NCBI GenBank assembly: GCA_035285125.1
Contig: JAYKHR010000155.1
Location: forward strand, 32,001 to 96,000
Origin: Candidatus Sericytochromatia bacterium
GTDB taxonomy: Bacteria; Cyanobacteriota; Sericytochromatia; S15B-MN24; JAQBPE01
Reading direction: 5' to 3'
DNA: 64,000 bases
Part shown: positions 47,156-57,322 of the stretch, one piece after another
Layout: every line of letters begins with the position of its first letter
How positions within the stretch are numbered: position 1 is the first letter of the stretch
The notes under the pieces: generated by a model
Seen by the model: only the letters and a program-made list of their open reading frames with translations
Told to the model about the DNA's origin: nothing
The model's database searches: none
Made by a program: the position numbers and the translations under genes

Positions 47156-48496
47156 ATGCTCGCCATGGCCTCCGCCCCTGGCGCCGCGGTGCGCGCCGTC
47201 GCCTCCCTGCGCGAGCTGGTCGCGCTCGCTCCCGTGGCTCGCCTCCTGGCGACCGCGAGTGTCGCGCTGGGAACGCCGGTGTACCTGGTGGGCGGCTGCG
47301 TTCGGGATTGGCTGCTGGGGCGCGAGCCGCTGGACTGGGACGTCGTCGTGCCCGGCGAGCCTGCCGCCCTGCTTGCCTGGCTCAGGCGGGAGGCGCGCGT
47401 GCGCGGCTCGGTGGTGCTGGACCCGGAGCTCGCCATCCACCGGGTCCTGCTGGCAGACGGCGGCGTGATCGACGTCGCGCGGATGACCGACGACAACATG
47501 CGAGCGGATCTCACGCGTCGAGACCTCACGATCAACGCCATGGCCGTCGACACGGCCGGGAACCTCATCGACCCGCTCAGCGGCTATGCCGACCTCTGCG
47601 CGGCGCTGGTCAGGGCGCCGAGCCGTGGCAACCTCGAGGCTGATCCCGTCCGGCTGCTCCGGACCTTTCGCTTCGCGGCAAGCCTCGGGTTCACGTTGGA
47701 TCCCGCGACGCGCGGCTGGGTAGAGGACCTGGCGCCGTTGATCGCCCGGCCAGCCGGCGAGCGCCTGCTCCAGGAGTGGCACAAGCTGCTGGCGGCCCCC
47801 GCCTGTCACCCCCACCTGGCGGCCATGGGCGCGGCCGGCCTGCTAGGCCCGGCGCTGGGCGTGGCGGCCGGCGACCTGCCCGAGGGGCGCGCCCGGCTCG
47901 CTGCCCTCGACGCCTGGCTCACGGAGGCGGTGGGGCCGGCCTGGCGCCGCCTCGCCGCCTGGCTCGCGGAGCCCGTCACCGGGGACAGGCCCAGGCGGAC
48001 GACCCTGGCCCTCACGGTGCTCAGCCTCGATGCTGGGGCCGCAGGCCCCGGCCCCGTGGGCGACCGCCTGCGCTGGAGCCGTCGCGAGCAGCGCCTGGCC
48101 GAGGTCTGGGCCGCCACCGCCGAGCGCCTGGAGGCGCTGCTGCGCGAGGGCCGTCCCCCGCGCGGCTGGCACCGCCTCTGCCGCGATGCCGGGGAAGCGC
48201 TTCCCGCCCTGCCGGCCCTGGTGGCGAGCCGGGCCCCCGACCTGCGCGGGCCCGCCGGGGAGGCCCTCGCAGCCTGCTGGGAGCGGCTGGACCAGCCGCT
48301 CCCAAGACACCTGAACGGACGCGACGTGATGGCCGCGCTGGGCATCCCCCCGGGGCCCCCGGTGGCCGAGCTGCTCGCCGCCCTGGAAGAGGAAACGGCC
48401 CTGGGCACCGTGACTGACCGTGAATCGGCCCTCCACTGGGCCCGCATGGCCTGGCGCAGCGGGGTACACGACGGGCGCGAGCCCACCTCGAGCTGA
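47156..48496 (+). CDS. Class II tRNA nucleotidyltransferase (probably CC-adding type)
   Basis: YLVGGCVRD..LG...DWDVV, DLTRRDLTINAMA, DPVRLLR.FRFAA, ER...E..K, LNGRDVM..GIPPGP; the start could be 47165. Confidence 0.88.
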   Translation: MLAMASAPGAAVRAVASLRELVALAPVARLLATASVALGTPVYLVGGCVRDWLLGREPLDWDVVVPGEPAALLAWLRREARVRGSVVLDPELAIHRVLLADGGVIDVARMTDDNMRADLTRRDLTINAMAVDTAGNLIDPLSGYADLCAALVRAPSRGNLEADPVRLLRTFRFAASLGFTLDPATRGWVEDLAPLIARPAGERLLQEWHKLLAAPACHPHLAAMGAAGLLGPALGVAAGDLPEGRARLAALDAWLTEAVGPAWRRLAAWLAEPVTGDRPRRTTLALTVLSLDAGAAGPGPVGDRLRWSRREQRLAEVWAATAERLEALLREGRPPRGWHRLCRDAGEALPALPALVASRAPDLRGPAGEALAACWERLDQPLPRHLNGRDVMAALGIPPGPPVAELLAALEEETALGTVTDRESALHWARMAWRSGVHDGREPTSS

Positions 48497-48505
48497 GGTC
48501 GCCCG

Positions 48506-49729
48506 TTGGCGGACGAGGACAAGAAACACGACCCGACGCCCCACAAGCTCGACGAGGAGCGGAAGAAGGGGAACGTGCTCAAGGTCCAGGACGCGCTGGC
48601 TGCGGCCACCATCCTGGTCTCGGCCTACGCCCTGGCGTGGACGGCCCCGATCGTCTTCGAGTACCTCTTCGCGTTCGTCGACGAGATCCTGCGCAACATC
48701 CCCGAGCTCCGCCACCTCACGGAGACGCAGGCGCGCTGGCTGCTGTGGCGCATGTTCCTGATCGTCTTCATCACGACGGCCCCCTTCATCGCCATCGTGG
48801 TGCTCACGGTGCTGATCGTGCTCTACGCGCAGGTGGGGGTGCTGATCACCTTCAAGCCGCTCGAGCCCAAGTTCGAGAAGATCGACCCGGTCAAAGGCTT
48901 CAAGAACAAGATCAACCCGTTCAAGCTCAAGCAGCTGTTCAACCTCGCCAAGACCCTCCTCGTGTGCCTGGTGATCGGCTACCTGGTCTACACGGTGATC
49001 CGGGACAACTTCGGGGCCATCCTGCAGAGCGGCTCCCTCACACCGGGCGGCGCGCTGGGCCTGATCGGGCACCTGATCCTGGCCGTGGCGAAGAGGGTGA
49101 CGCTGTTCATGATCGCGGTCGCCTTCATCTCGTACCTGTTCGAGCGCTGGCAGTGGTGGAAGGGGCTCAAGATGTCCGACAAGGAGATCAAGGACGAGTA
49201 CAAGAAGCTCGAGGGTGACCCCCACATCAAGGCCAAGCAGCGCCAGAAGATGTACGAGATCGCCTCGGGCGCGGCCCGGGAGGTGGTCCCCGAGGCCGAC
49301 GTGGTGATCACCAACCCGACGCACTACGCCGTCGCCCTGGAGTACAAGCCCAAGCGAGGCATGAAGGCCCCGGTGGTGCTCGCCAAGGGCAAGGGCCGGC
49401 AGGCCCTGCTGATCCGCCAGATCGCCGAGGAAAACTTCATCCCCACCGTCGAGGATCCCCCGACGGCGCGGGCGCTCCACGACCAGGTAAAGGTCGGCGA
49501 GGCCATCCCCGCCGAGCTGTTCGTCGCCGTGGCGAAGATCATCGCCACGATCATGCGCAAGCGGCAACGCCCCACGCCAATCCTGACGCCCCCGTCCCTG
49601 ACGGGGTTCGCGCCAGTTTACGTGGAGCCCGCGCCGCCACCCGCCCAGCCCGCCGCTCCCGCGGGCCCGGCCAGCCCCGAGCCGGAGGCGACGGCCGGCC
49701 CCTCCGAGGGCCCACAGCAGCCGTTTTGA
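48506..49729 (+). CDS. flhB: FlhB/EscU family type III export switch protein
   Basis: K.H.PT..KL.E.RKKG.V, four TM segments, KMS..EIKDEYK..EGDP.IK, VITNPTHYAVAL autocleavage motif, AP.VLAKG. Confidence 0.9.
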   Translation: MADEDKKHDPTPHKLDEERKKGNVLKVQDALAAATILVSAYALAWTAPIVFEYLFAFVDEILRNIPELRHLTETQARWLLWRMFLIVFITTAPFIAIVVLTVLIVLYAQVGVLITFKPLEPKFEKIDPVKGFKNKINPFKLKQLFNLAKTLLVCLVIGYLVYTVIRDNFGAILQSGSLTPGGALGLIGHLILAVAKRVTLFMIAVAFISYLFERWQWWKGLKMSDKEIKDEYKKLEGDPHIKAKQRQKMYEIASGAAREVVPEADVVITNPTHYAVALEYKPKRGMKAPVVLAKGKGRQALLIRQIAEENFIPTVEDPPTARALHDQVKVGEAIPAELFVAVAKIIATIMRKRQRPTPILTPPSLTGFAPVYVEPAPPPAQPAAPAGPASPEPEATAGPSEGPQQPF

Positions 49730-49857
49730 CGCCCCCCACCCCCCGTGCTATCTTTCACGGGTCGGTCGCCCCCTGGCGCGCTGGAGCCGGCAAACGCCCT
49801 CCCGTCGCCCCACATGGCCGAGGTCCGCTTGGCCGACCTGGCTCCACGGAGGTCTCC

Positions 49858-51609
49858 ATGCCATCCCGCTCCCGCCTCCTGGCTGTCCTGCTCGCCGGGG
49901 CCCTGCCCCTGGGCCCGGGCCTCGTCCCGGCCGCCGCGGCCTACACGCCCGTGCGCGAGATGAAAGACCTGCCGGCCGAGCACTGGGCCTTCGAGGCCAT
50001 CCAGGCCCTGGTCGAGAAGTATGAGGTCATGGACGGCTTCGCCGACAAGACCTTCCGGGGGGCCCGCACCATCACGCGCTACGAGGCGGCAGCGGCCCTC
50101 GCCAAGGTGATGGCCAAGGTGGAGGAGCTGGTCTCGAGCGCCACGGGCAACCCCGTGAGCATCGAGCCGGGCGTCAGCTCGGACGACTTGCGGACCATCG
50201 CCCGGCTCCAGCGGGAGTTCCGTGATGAGCTCGAGGTGCTCAAGGGCAAGGTCGAGACCCTGGACTCCCGCGTCGGCACCTTGGAGAAGCGCGTCCGCAT
50301 GGCGGGCGAGGTGCGCAACGAGTATCGGTCGTACCTCGGCGCGATGCCAGCCGCCCAGAGCCCGCTGGACGACGTCCGCGTGCGCAACCGGTTGAACCTG
50401 GAGGCCGCGCTGGGGGACGACCTCGCGGCAAGGACCTCGCTCGTGTGGGACGTGTACGGCCCGGCCGTGCCCGGTGCCGCCTTCGGGGCGGCGGGGCAGG
50501 CCGACGCGAGGCTCGAGGCCTACTTGAGCCGGGCCCACGTCAGCTACACGCCGGCGAACTGGTCGGCCCACGTGGGCGTGCTCAACCCGAGCGAGGTCCT
50601 GACGCTCGGGTCGTCCCTGAAGAACCCGTTCACCAGCAACGTGTGGCGCGAGGGCCTCGGCGGCTACGGCTTCGTGGGCACGCCAGGGCTGCCCGTGGGC
50701 GGTGGCGCGGGCGGGGTGGGAATCCTGTCGGGGGCCGGCCAACCCGTCTGGTGGCTCCCGGGCACCGACGTCGGCCTGCAGGCCCTTGATCCCAACGCCA
50801 CCCAGATCGTGGCCCCACGGGGCAACTATGGCGCCGTGGCAGCCACCCAGGCCGGGCCGTTCCAGCTCGGAGTGGCCTATTACCAGGGGGGGATGGCGGG
50901 TCGCGAGCTCGCGCGACTCGACCAGCTGGGCCTGCCCGCCAGCCTGCCCCAGCCCGAACTGGCCCTGCCCGGTGGGCGCCTGCTCGCCACGCTCGGCGCC
51001 GACTTTGGGGCCGTGCGCGCGCAGCTGGCGGCCAAGTCCGTCGGCCTGCCGACGGATGCACCCGGCGTCGCCAACAAGACGATCACGGGCACCATCGACC
51101 TCGGCACCGACGCGCTGGGTCTGAGCCTGCAGGGCGTCGCCCGCACGGCGTATACCGGGGAGTTCAACCCCTCGCAGGCCAGCGTGACGCTGGCGAGCAA
51201 CGACGTGCTGGGGACGGGCTTCGGGCTGGGCGTCGGCCTCAACGCGGGCTCCGTGGTGGGCACCCGCCTCGGGGCGAACGGCGGTAGCTTCCAGCTCGGC
51301 GGCCGCAACCTCCTCGGAGGCGTCGGCGCCCTCGACTACGCCAGCTACGGCCTGATGCTGAGGCTGCCGGGGTTCTCCGTGCTGCCCCACGTGACGCTCG
51401 CCATGCAGCAGACGGCGAGCGCGGGCTTCGAACGGACGATGGCCTCCGGCCTCACGCTCCAGACGGAGGTGGTGCTCGGCGGGCTGCCGCGCCTGCAGCT
51501 GGAATACAGCTCCGGCAAGTTCACGCCCGGCCTGGACAACGCGCTGCTCAACAGCCAGGCCCTCGTGTCCCACGAGCAGCTGGCCGCCCAGATGGTCGTT
51601 CCCTTCTGA
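49858..51609 (+). CDS. S-layer-homology (SLH) domain outer-membrane porin
   Basis: Signal peptide; DLPAEHWAFEAIQALVEKY..GF.D.TFRG.RTITRYEAAA SLH domain; coiled coil LQREFRDEL; beta-barrel ending in F. Confidence 0.88.
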   Translation: MPSRSRLLAVLLAGALPLGPGLVPAAAAYTPVREMKDLPAEHWAFEAIQALVEKYEVMDGFADKTFRGARTITRYEAAAALAKVMAKVEELVSSATGNPVSIEPGVSSDDLRTIARLQREFRDELEVLKGKVETLDSRVGTLEKRVRMAGEVRNEYRSYLGAMPAAQSPLDDVRVRNRLNLEAALGDDLAARTSLVWDVYGPAVPGAAFGAAGQADARLEAYLSRAHVSYTPANWSAHVGVLNPSEVLTLGSSLKNPFTSNVWREGLGGYGFVGTPGLPVGGGAGGVGILSGAGQPVWWLPGTDVGLQALDPNATQIVAPRGNYGAVAATQAGPFQLGVAYYQGGMAGRELARLDQLGLPASLPQPELALPGGRLLATLGADFGAVRAQLAAKSVGLPTDAPGVANKTITGTIDLGTDALGLSLQGVARTAYTGEFNPSQASVTLASNDVLGTGFGLGVGLNAGSVVGTRLGANGGSFQLGGRNLLGGVGALDYASYGLMLRLPGFSVLPHVTLAMQQTASAGFERTMASGLTLQTEVVLGGLPRLQLEYSSGKFTPGLDNALLNSQALVSHEQLAAQMVVPF

Positions 51610-51652
51610 TGCCACGCGCCAGCGGGTCGGTCCCGCGGCAGGAGGTCACCCG

Positions 51653-52837
51653 ATGACGCAAGCCCTGTACCTCGTGGAGGGCGCTCGCACGCCCTTCGGC
51701 ACCTACATGGGGGAGTTGCGGCAGCTGTCCGCCGCTCAGCTCGCCATCACGGCAGGCCAGGGGGCCCTGGAGCGGGCGGGCGTCTCGCCCGACGCCGTCG
51801 ACAGCGTCGTGCTCGGGAACGTCATGCAGGCCGAGCGGGAGAGCTACTACCTCTCCAAGTACGTGGGCACGCAGCTCGGGATGGCCGACTCGATCACGGG
51901 ACTGGTGGTCAACCGGCTGTGCGGCTCCGGAATGCAGGCCGTCGTGAGCGCCTGTCAGGCGATGCGCCTGGAGGAGAGCGAGCTGGCCCTGGTCGGGGGC
52001 ACCGAGTGCATGAGCCGGGCGCCCTTCATCCTGCGTGGCGGGCGGGATGGCCTGCGTGGGGATCAGACGCTGGAAGACCCCCTGCTCGGGCCCCACTCGG
52101 TGTTTGTCGATCCTGCCTGCGGGCTCATCATGGGCGAGACGGCCGAGGAGCTGGCGATCGAGTACGGCGTGTCGCGCGCGGAGATGGACGCCTTTGCCTT
52201 GCGGTCGCAGCAGACGGCCCGGGCGGCCATCGACCGCGGCCGCCTGGCCCGGGAGATCGTGCCCGTGGAGGTCCCCGGGAAGGGTGGCCCCCGCGCCGTG
52301 ACCCTGGACGAGCACCCGCGCGAGACGACGCTGGAGAAGCTCGCCTCGCTGAAGCCTGCCTTCCGCAAGGGGGGCGAGGTGACGCCCGGCAACTCGTCCG
52401 GAATCAACGATGGGGCCTGCGCGCTCGTGCTCGCCACCGAGGCTCGCGTGCAGGCCCTCGGCCTGACGCCCAAGGCCCGCGTGGTGTCCTGGGGCGTGGC
52501 GGGTGTGGCGGGCAAGCGCATGGGCATCGGCCCCGCCCCTGCGATCGGCATCGCGCTGGGCCGGGCCGGCCTCACGCTAGCCGACATGGCGGTGATCGAG
52601 GTCAATGAGGCCTTTGCCGCCCAGTACCTGGCCGTCGAGCGTGAGCTCGGGCTCGATCGGGAGCGCGTCAACCCGAACGGCGGCGCGATTGCCCTGGGGC
52701 ACCCCATCGGGGCCTCGGGGGCACGCATTTTGCTGTCGCTGATGTACGAACTGCAGGACCGTCAGGCCCGGTACGGGGTGGCGTCAGCCTGCATCGGGGG
52801 CGGCCAGGGCATCGCGATGGTGCTCGAGCGCGTCTGA
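51653..52837 (+). CDS. Acetyl-CoA C-acyltransferase (thiolase)
   Basis: RTPFG, NRLCGSG, NEAFA, GGAIALGHPIGASG, CIGGGQG. Confidence 0.95.
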   Translation: MTQALYLVEGARTPFGTYMGELRQLSAAQLAITAGQGALERAGVSPDAVDSVVLGNVMQAERESYYLSKYVGTQLGMADSITGLVVNRLCGSGMQAVVSACQAMRLEESELALVGGTECMSRAPFILRGGRDGLRGDQTLEDPLLGPHSVFVDPACGLIMGETAEELAIEYGVSRAEMDAFALRSQQTARAAIDRGRLAREIVPVEVPGKGGPRAVTLDEHPRETTLEKLASLKPAFRKGGEVTPGNSSGINDGACALVLATEARVQALGLTPKARVVSWGVAGVAGKRMGIGPAPAIGIALGRAGLTLADMAVIEVNEAFAAQYLAVERELGLDRERVNPNGGAIALGHPIGASGARILLSLMYELQDRQARYGVASACIGGGQGIAMVLERV

Positions 52838-52880
52838 GCGCTGCGCCCTCGGCCCGCCGGGCAGGGCTCACGCCTGGCTG

Positions 52881-52889
52881 TGGTACAAT
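52881..52889 (+). promoter_or_regulatory. Extended -10 promoter for accD-accA-pfkA
   Basis: TGGTACAAT about 40 bp upstream of the accD ATG. Confidence 0.5.
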
Positions 52890-52927
52890 GCGATTTCGGC
52901 GGGCAGGGGCCCGCAGAGTGGCTCTGC

Positions 52928-53816
<889 letters not shown>

Positions 53817-53824
<8 letters not shown>

Positions 53825-54779
53825 GCGGTTCGAGCTCGACTTCGAGCGCCCCCTGACGGAGCTCGAGGAGAAGATTTCGCAGTTCAAGCGGATGGCTGCC
53901 GAGCACGGCATCACGCTGGACGGCGAGGTGCAGCGGCTCGAAGAACGAGCGCGGGAGCTGCGCAAGGGGATCTTCGAGAACCTCACGCCCACCCAGCGCA
54001 TCCAGATTGCCCGCCACCCTAGGCGCCCGACGACGCTCGACTACATCGGGGCGATCGCGGAGGACTTCGTCGAGCTTCACGGCGACCGCCAAGGCGTCGA
54101 CGACCTCGCCCTCGTCGGGGGGATCGGCCGCTTCATGGGGCGCTCCGTCGTCTTCGTGGGCCACCAGAAGGGCCGCGACACGAAGGACAACATCGCCCGC
54201 AACTTCGGCATGCCGCAGCCCGAAGGCTACCGCAAGGCCATCCGCCTGATGCGGCACGCCGCGCGGTTCCGCATGCCACTGGTGACGTTCATCGACACCC
54301 CTGGGGCCTACCCCGGCATCGCCGCCGAGGAGCACAACCAAGGCGGGGCGATCGCGCATTCCATCTACGAAATGGCCCAGCTGCCGGTGCCCTGCGTGGC
54401 CGTCGTCCTCGGGGAGGGTGGCTCCGGCGGCGCGCTCGCCCTCGGCGTCGCGGACCGGGTGCTCATCATGGAGCACGCTTACTACTCGGTGATCAGCCCC
54501 GAGGGCTGCGCCGCGATCCTCTGGAAGGACGCGAGCAAGGCGAACGAGGCGGCAACGGCGATGAAGATCTCGGCAAGCGACCTGAGACGGCTCGGGGTGG
54601 TGGACGACGTGATCGTGGAGCCGCTCGGCGGTGCCCACCAGGACTCCGTGGAGGCCGCTAGGCGGCTCGGAGAGGCCATCCGCCGCCACCTGGGCGAGGC
54701 GCTGAAACGGCCCGAGGAAGAGCTACTGGCCCAGCGCTACGCCCGCTTCCGTGCCTTCGGGCGGTTCCAAGAGGGTTGA
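53817..54779 (+). CDS. accA: Acetyl-CoA carboxylase carboxyltransferase alpha subunit
   Basis: LDFERP, ARHPRRP, ELHGDR, NFGMPQPEGYRKA, IDTPGAYPG, GEGGSGGAL, YSVISPEGCA. Confidence 0.97.
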
Positions 54780-54780
54780 G

Positions 54781-55758
54781 ATGAAACGGCTCGCGGTCCT
54801 GACCAGCGGGGGCGATGCCCCGGGCATGAACGCCGCCATCCGGGCGTCCGTCCGCAAGGCCCTGCACGCCGGGTGCGAGGTCTGGGGCGTGGAGTACGGC
54901 TACACCGGGCTCATCAAGGGCCAGATGCGCCTGATGGAGTACCACGACGTCGGCAACATCATCCAGCGGGGCGGCACCATCCTCAAAACGGCGCGGTCTA
55001 CGCAGTTCCCGACGCCCGAAGGGCAGGAAATGGCGATGCGCGAGCTCGAGCGGCGCGGCATCGAGGGCCTCGTGGTGATCGGGGGCGACGGCTCTTTCCG
55101 GGGAGCCCAGTTGCTCGGACGCAAGGGTATCGCGATCGTGGGCGTGCCCGGCACCATCGACAACGACATCTACGGCACGGACTACACCATCGGCTACGAC
55201 ACGGCCCTGAACACGGTGCTCGACGCCATCAACAAGATCCGCGACACCGCGAGCAGCCACAAGCGCATTGTCATCATCGAGGTCATGGGGCGGGACTCCG
55301 GCTGGATCGCCCTCGCCTCGGGGCTTGCCGGCGGGGCCGAGTTCGTGATCGTGCCCGAGATCCCCTACGACCTCGAGTTCGTCTCCGACAAGATCATCCG
55401 CGGCATGAACCAGGGCAAGGAGCACTCGATCGTCGTGGTGGCCGAGGGCGCGGCCCACGGCTTCGACGTGGGGGAGCGCCTGCGCGTGAGCACAGGCTAT
55501 GACACCCGCGTCACCGTGCTCGGGCACATCCAGCGGGGTGGAAGTCCGACGGCGTTCGACCGCATCCTGGCCACGCGCCTGGGCGCCGCGGCCGTGGACG
55601 TCCTGCTGTCCGGCAACTCCAACGTGATGGTGGGGCTGTCGGGCAACCAGGTGTCCGTGCAGAACCTCGATGAGGTCATCGGCCAGAAGCGCGGCCTGGA
55701 CGTCGGCCTGTACGAACTCGAGTCGATCCTGGCGACGCGGAGCTCCGCCCCCCTCTAA
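54781..55758 (+). CDS. pfkA: ATP-dependent 6-phosphofructokinase
   Basis: ATG 54781; LTSGGDAPGMNA, GGDGS, PGTIDND, EVMGR, LGHIQRGG. Confidence 0.97.
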   Translation: MKRLAVLTSGGDAPGMNAAIRASVRKALHAGCEVWGVEYGYTGLIKGQMRLMEYHDVGNIIQRGGTILKTARSTQFPTPEGQEMAMRELERRGIEGLVVIGGDGSFRGAQLLGRKGIAIVGVPGTIDNDIYGTDYTIGYDTALNTVLDAINKIRDTASSHKRIVIIEVMGRDSGWIALASGLAGGAEFVIVPEIPYDLEFVSDKIIRGMNQGKEHSIVVVAEGAAHGFDVGERLRVSTGYDTRVTVLGHIQRGGSPTAFDRILATRLGAAAVDVLLSGNSNVMVGLSGNQVSVQNLDEVIGQKRGLDVGLYELESILATRSSAPL

Positions 55759-55816
55759 CAAGCGGTCTCGGGAACCAGCGCCTCCGGCCAGGCCGCGAAC
55801 CTCGGCCGGCCACCCG

Positions 55817-57322
55817 CTAGCGCCTCTGCAGGCGCTGCTGCCCCACCCGCCAGACGTCCGGGGCCACGCGCTCGCAGCGGATGCCGTGCGCCGCGAAGGC
55901 GGCCACCTGGTCGACGGAGGTACAGTAGACTGCCAGGCCAGGGGGCACCACGAGGCGCTGCTGGGGCACCTGCAGCGGCGCGCCCCGCCGGAGGTACAGG
56001 ACCACCTGCCGCACGTCCTGGCTGAACCCCGCCCCGGAATCCCACCGCCAGATGTTGCGAGCCTGCCAGCCTTCCACGAGGAGGTGGTAGGTGAAGGCCA
56101 TCGTCTCCGTGTACTCGGGCGTGACGATCAGGGCGTTGCTCCCCACCGCGGCGAGCGTCGCCTGGACGCGCCGGTCCATGGCGTCATCCCGCGAGCGGTC
56201 GTTGGGGGCGAAGTTCCCCAGGAGCATCACCACCGGCAGCAGGCCCAGCAGCCACCGCCCCCGGGCCAGCGCGGGCCGGCGCGTCACGAGGTCCTGCGCC
56301 CCCAACCCCAGCCACACGGTGGCGATGAGGAAGGTCGGGATGTAGTAGAAGCGGATGTCCGGAATGGCGTAGTTCAAGGCAAAGGTGAGCTCCCCCAGGA
56401 AGGCGAGGCCGAGGAAGCCGGCCCGCCAACCGGGCCGCACCAGCGCTCCCCAGGCGATCAGCGCGACGGGCACCACGTAGAACTCGCGCAGCAGGTGCTT
56501 GACGTAGCCCCAACCTTCTCCCACCAGGACGCGCTGCCACGGGTGAGCGAACATCAAGCCTTGCAGCCCGGTGCCCCCCCCCGTCACCGTCTGGAAGAAG
56601 GCCCCGGGATCGTCGCAGACGAGGCTCAAGTAGGAGGCCTCCGGGTCCAGCGTCCGCCAGAAGACGTAGGCATACTGCATCAGGCCGATCAGGGCGCAGC
56701 AAGCGAGGCCCAGCCACGTCCGGCCGCGCAGCAGCATACCCTCCGGGGCCCGGCACCAAAGCAGGAACGACAGGGCAGGGGCCAGCGTGACCATCGTGAG
56801 GTGGTTGCCGAACGAGAGGGCGTAGGCCAGACCAGCGTCGAACAGCCGCCCCTCGTCTGGCTGCTCGGCCCAGCGCAGCCAGGCAAGCAGCACCACGGCC
56901 ACCCAGAGCGCGTTCAGGGCATAGACCTCCGCGATGACGGCCTGGGACCAGAAGGTCAGGCTGAGGCCGAAGGTCAAGGCCGACAGCGCAGCCAGCCCAG
57001 GCTCGACGGCCAGGCGCCGCAGCAGCGCGTGGAGCACGAGGCAAGTCCCGATGGCACACACGGCCGAGAACAGGGTGACGCGCCAGGCCACCGAGCCCGC
57101 CGGCCACAGCCAGCCGAACAGGAAGGTGGCCACGGTGTACTGGGGGTAGCCCGTGAGGTTCAGCCCGAGCAGCGGGCCCTGAAACTGGTAGAGCGAGGTG
57201 TCGCCGAACAAGCCGGTGGCAGGCAGCAGCGTGGCGCCATAAGTCGCGGCGAGAAGCCCGACCACCACCCAAGGAGCGAGGCGCGCGGTGGCCCAGGTGG
57301 TCACCGAAGCGTCACCGGCCAC
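55817..57322 (-). CDS. DUF2723/GT-C-like membrane glycosyltransferase
   Basis: GDT..YQ, TGYP.Y, FWSQAVIAEVY.LN, GNHLT, YYIP; multiple TM helices; exact start uncertain. Confidence 0.78.
   Translation of the reverse strand: MAGDASVTTWATARLAPWVVVGLLAATYGATLLPATGLFGDTSLYQFQGPLLGLNLTGYPQYTVATFLFGWLWPAGSVAWRVTLFSAVCAIGTCLVLHALLRRLAVEPGLAALSALTFGLSLTFWSQAVIAEVYALNALWVAVVLLAWLRWAEQPDEGRLFDAGLAYALSFGNHLTMVTLAPALSFLLWCRAPEGMLLRGRTWLGLACCALIGLMQYAYVFWRTLDPEASYLSLVCDDPGAFFQTVTGGGTGLQGLMFAHPWQRVLVGEGWGYVKHLLREFYVVPVALIAWGALVRPGWRAGFLGLAFLGELTFALNYAIPDIRFYYIPTFLIATVWLGLGAQDLVTRRPALARGRWLLGLLPVVMLLGNFAPNDRSRDDAMDRRVQATLAAVGSNALIVTPEYTETMAFTYHLLVEGWQARNIWRWDSGAGFSQDVRQVVLYLRRGAPLQVPQQRLVVPPGLAVYCTSVDQVAAFAAHGIRCERVAPDVWRVGQQRLQRR

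Noticed and set aside
54777..54781. Other TGA stops (accA, flotillin, TlpA, PhnD-like, ferritin-like) as possible Sec readthrough
   Set aside because: These proteins appear complete at the TGA, and where checked the next gene is in a different frame.
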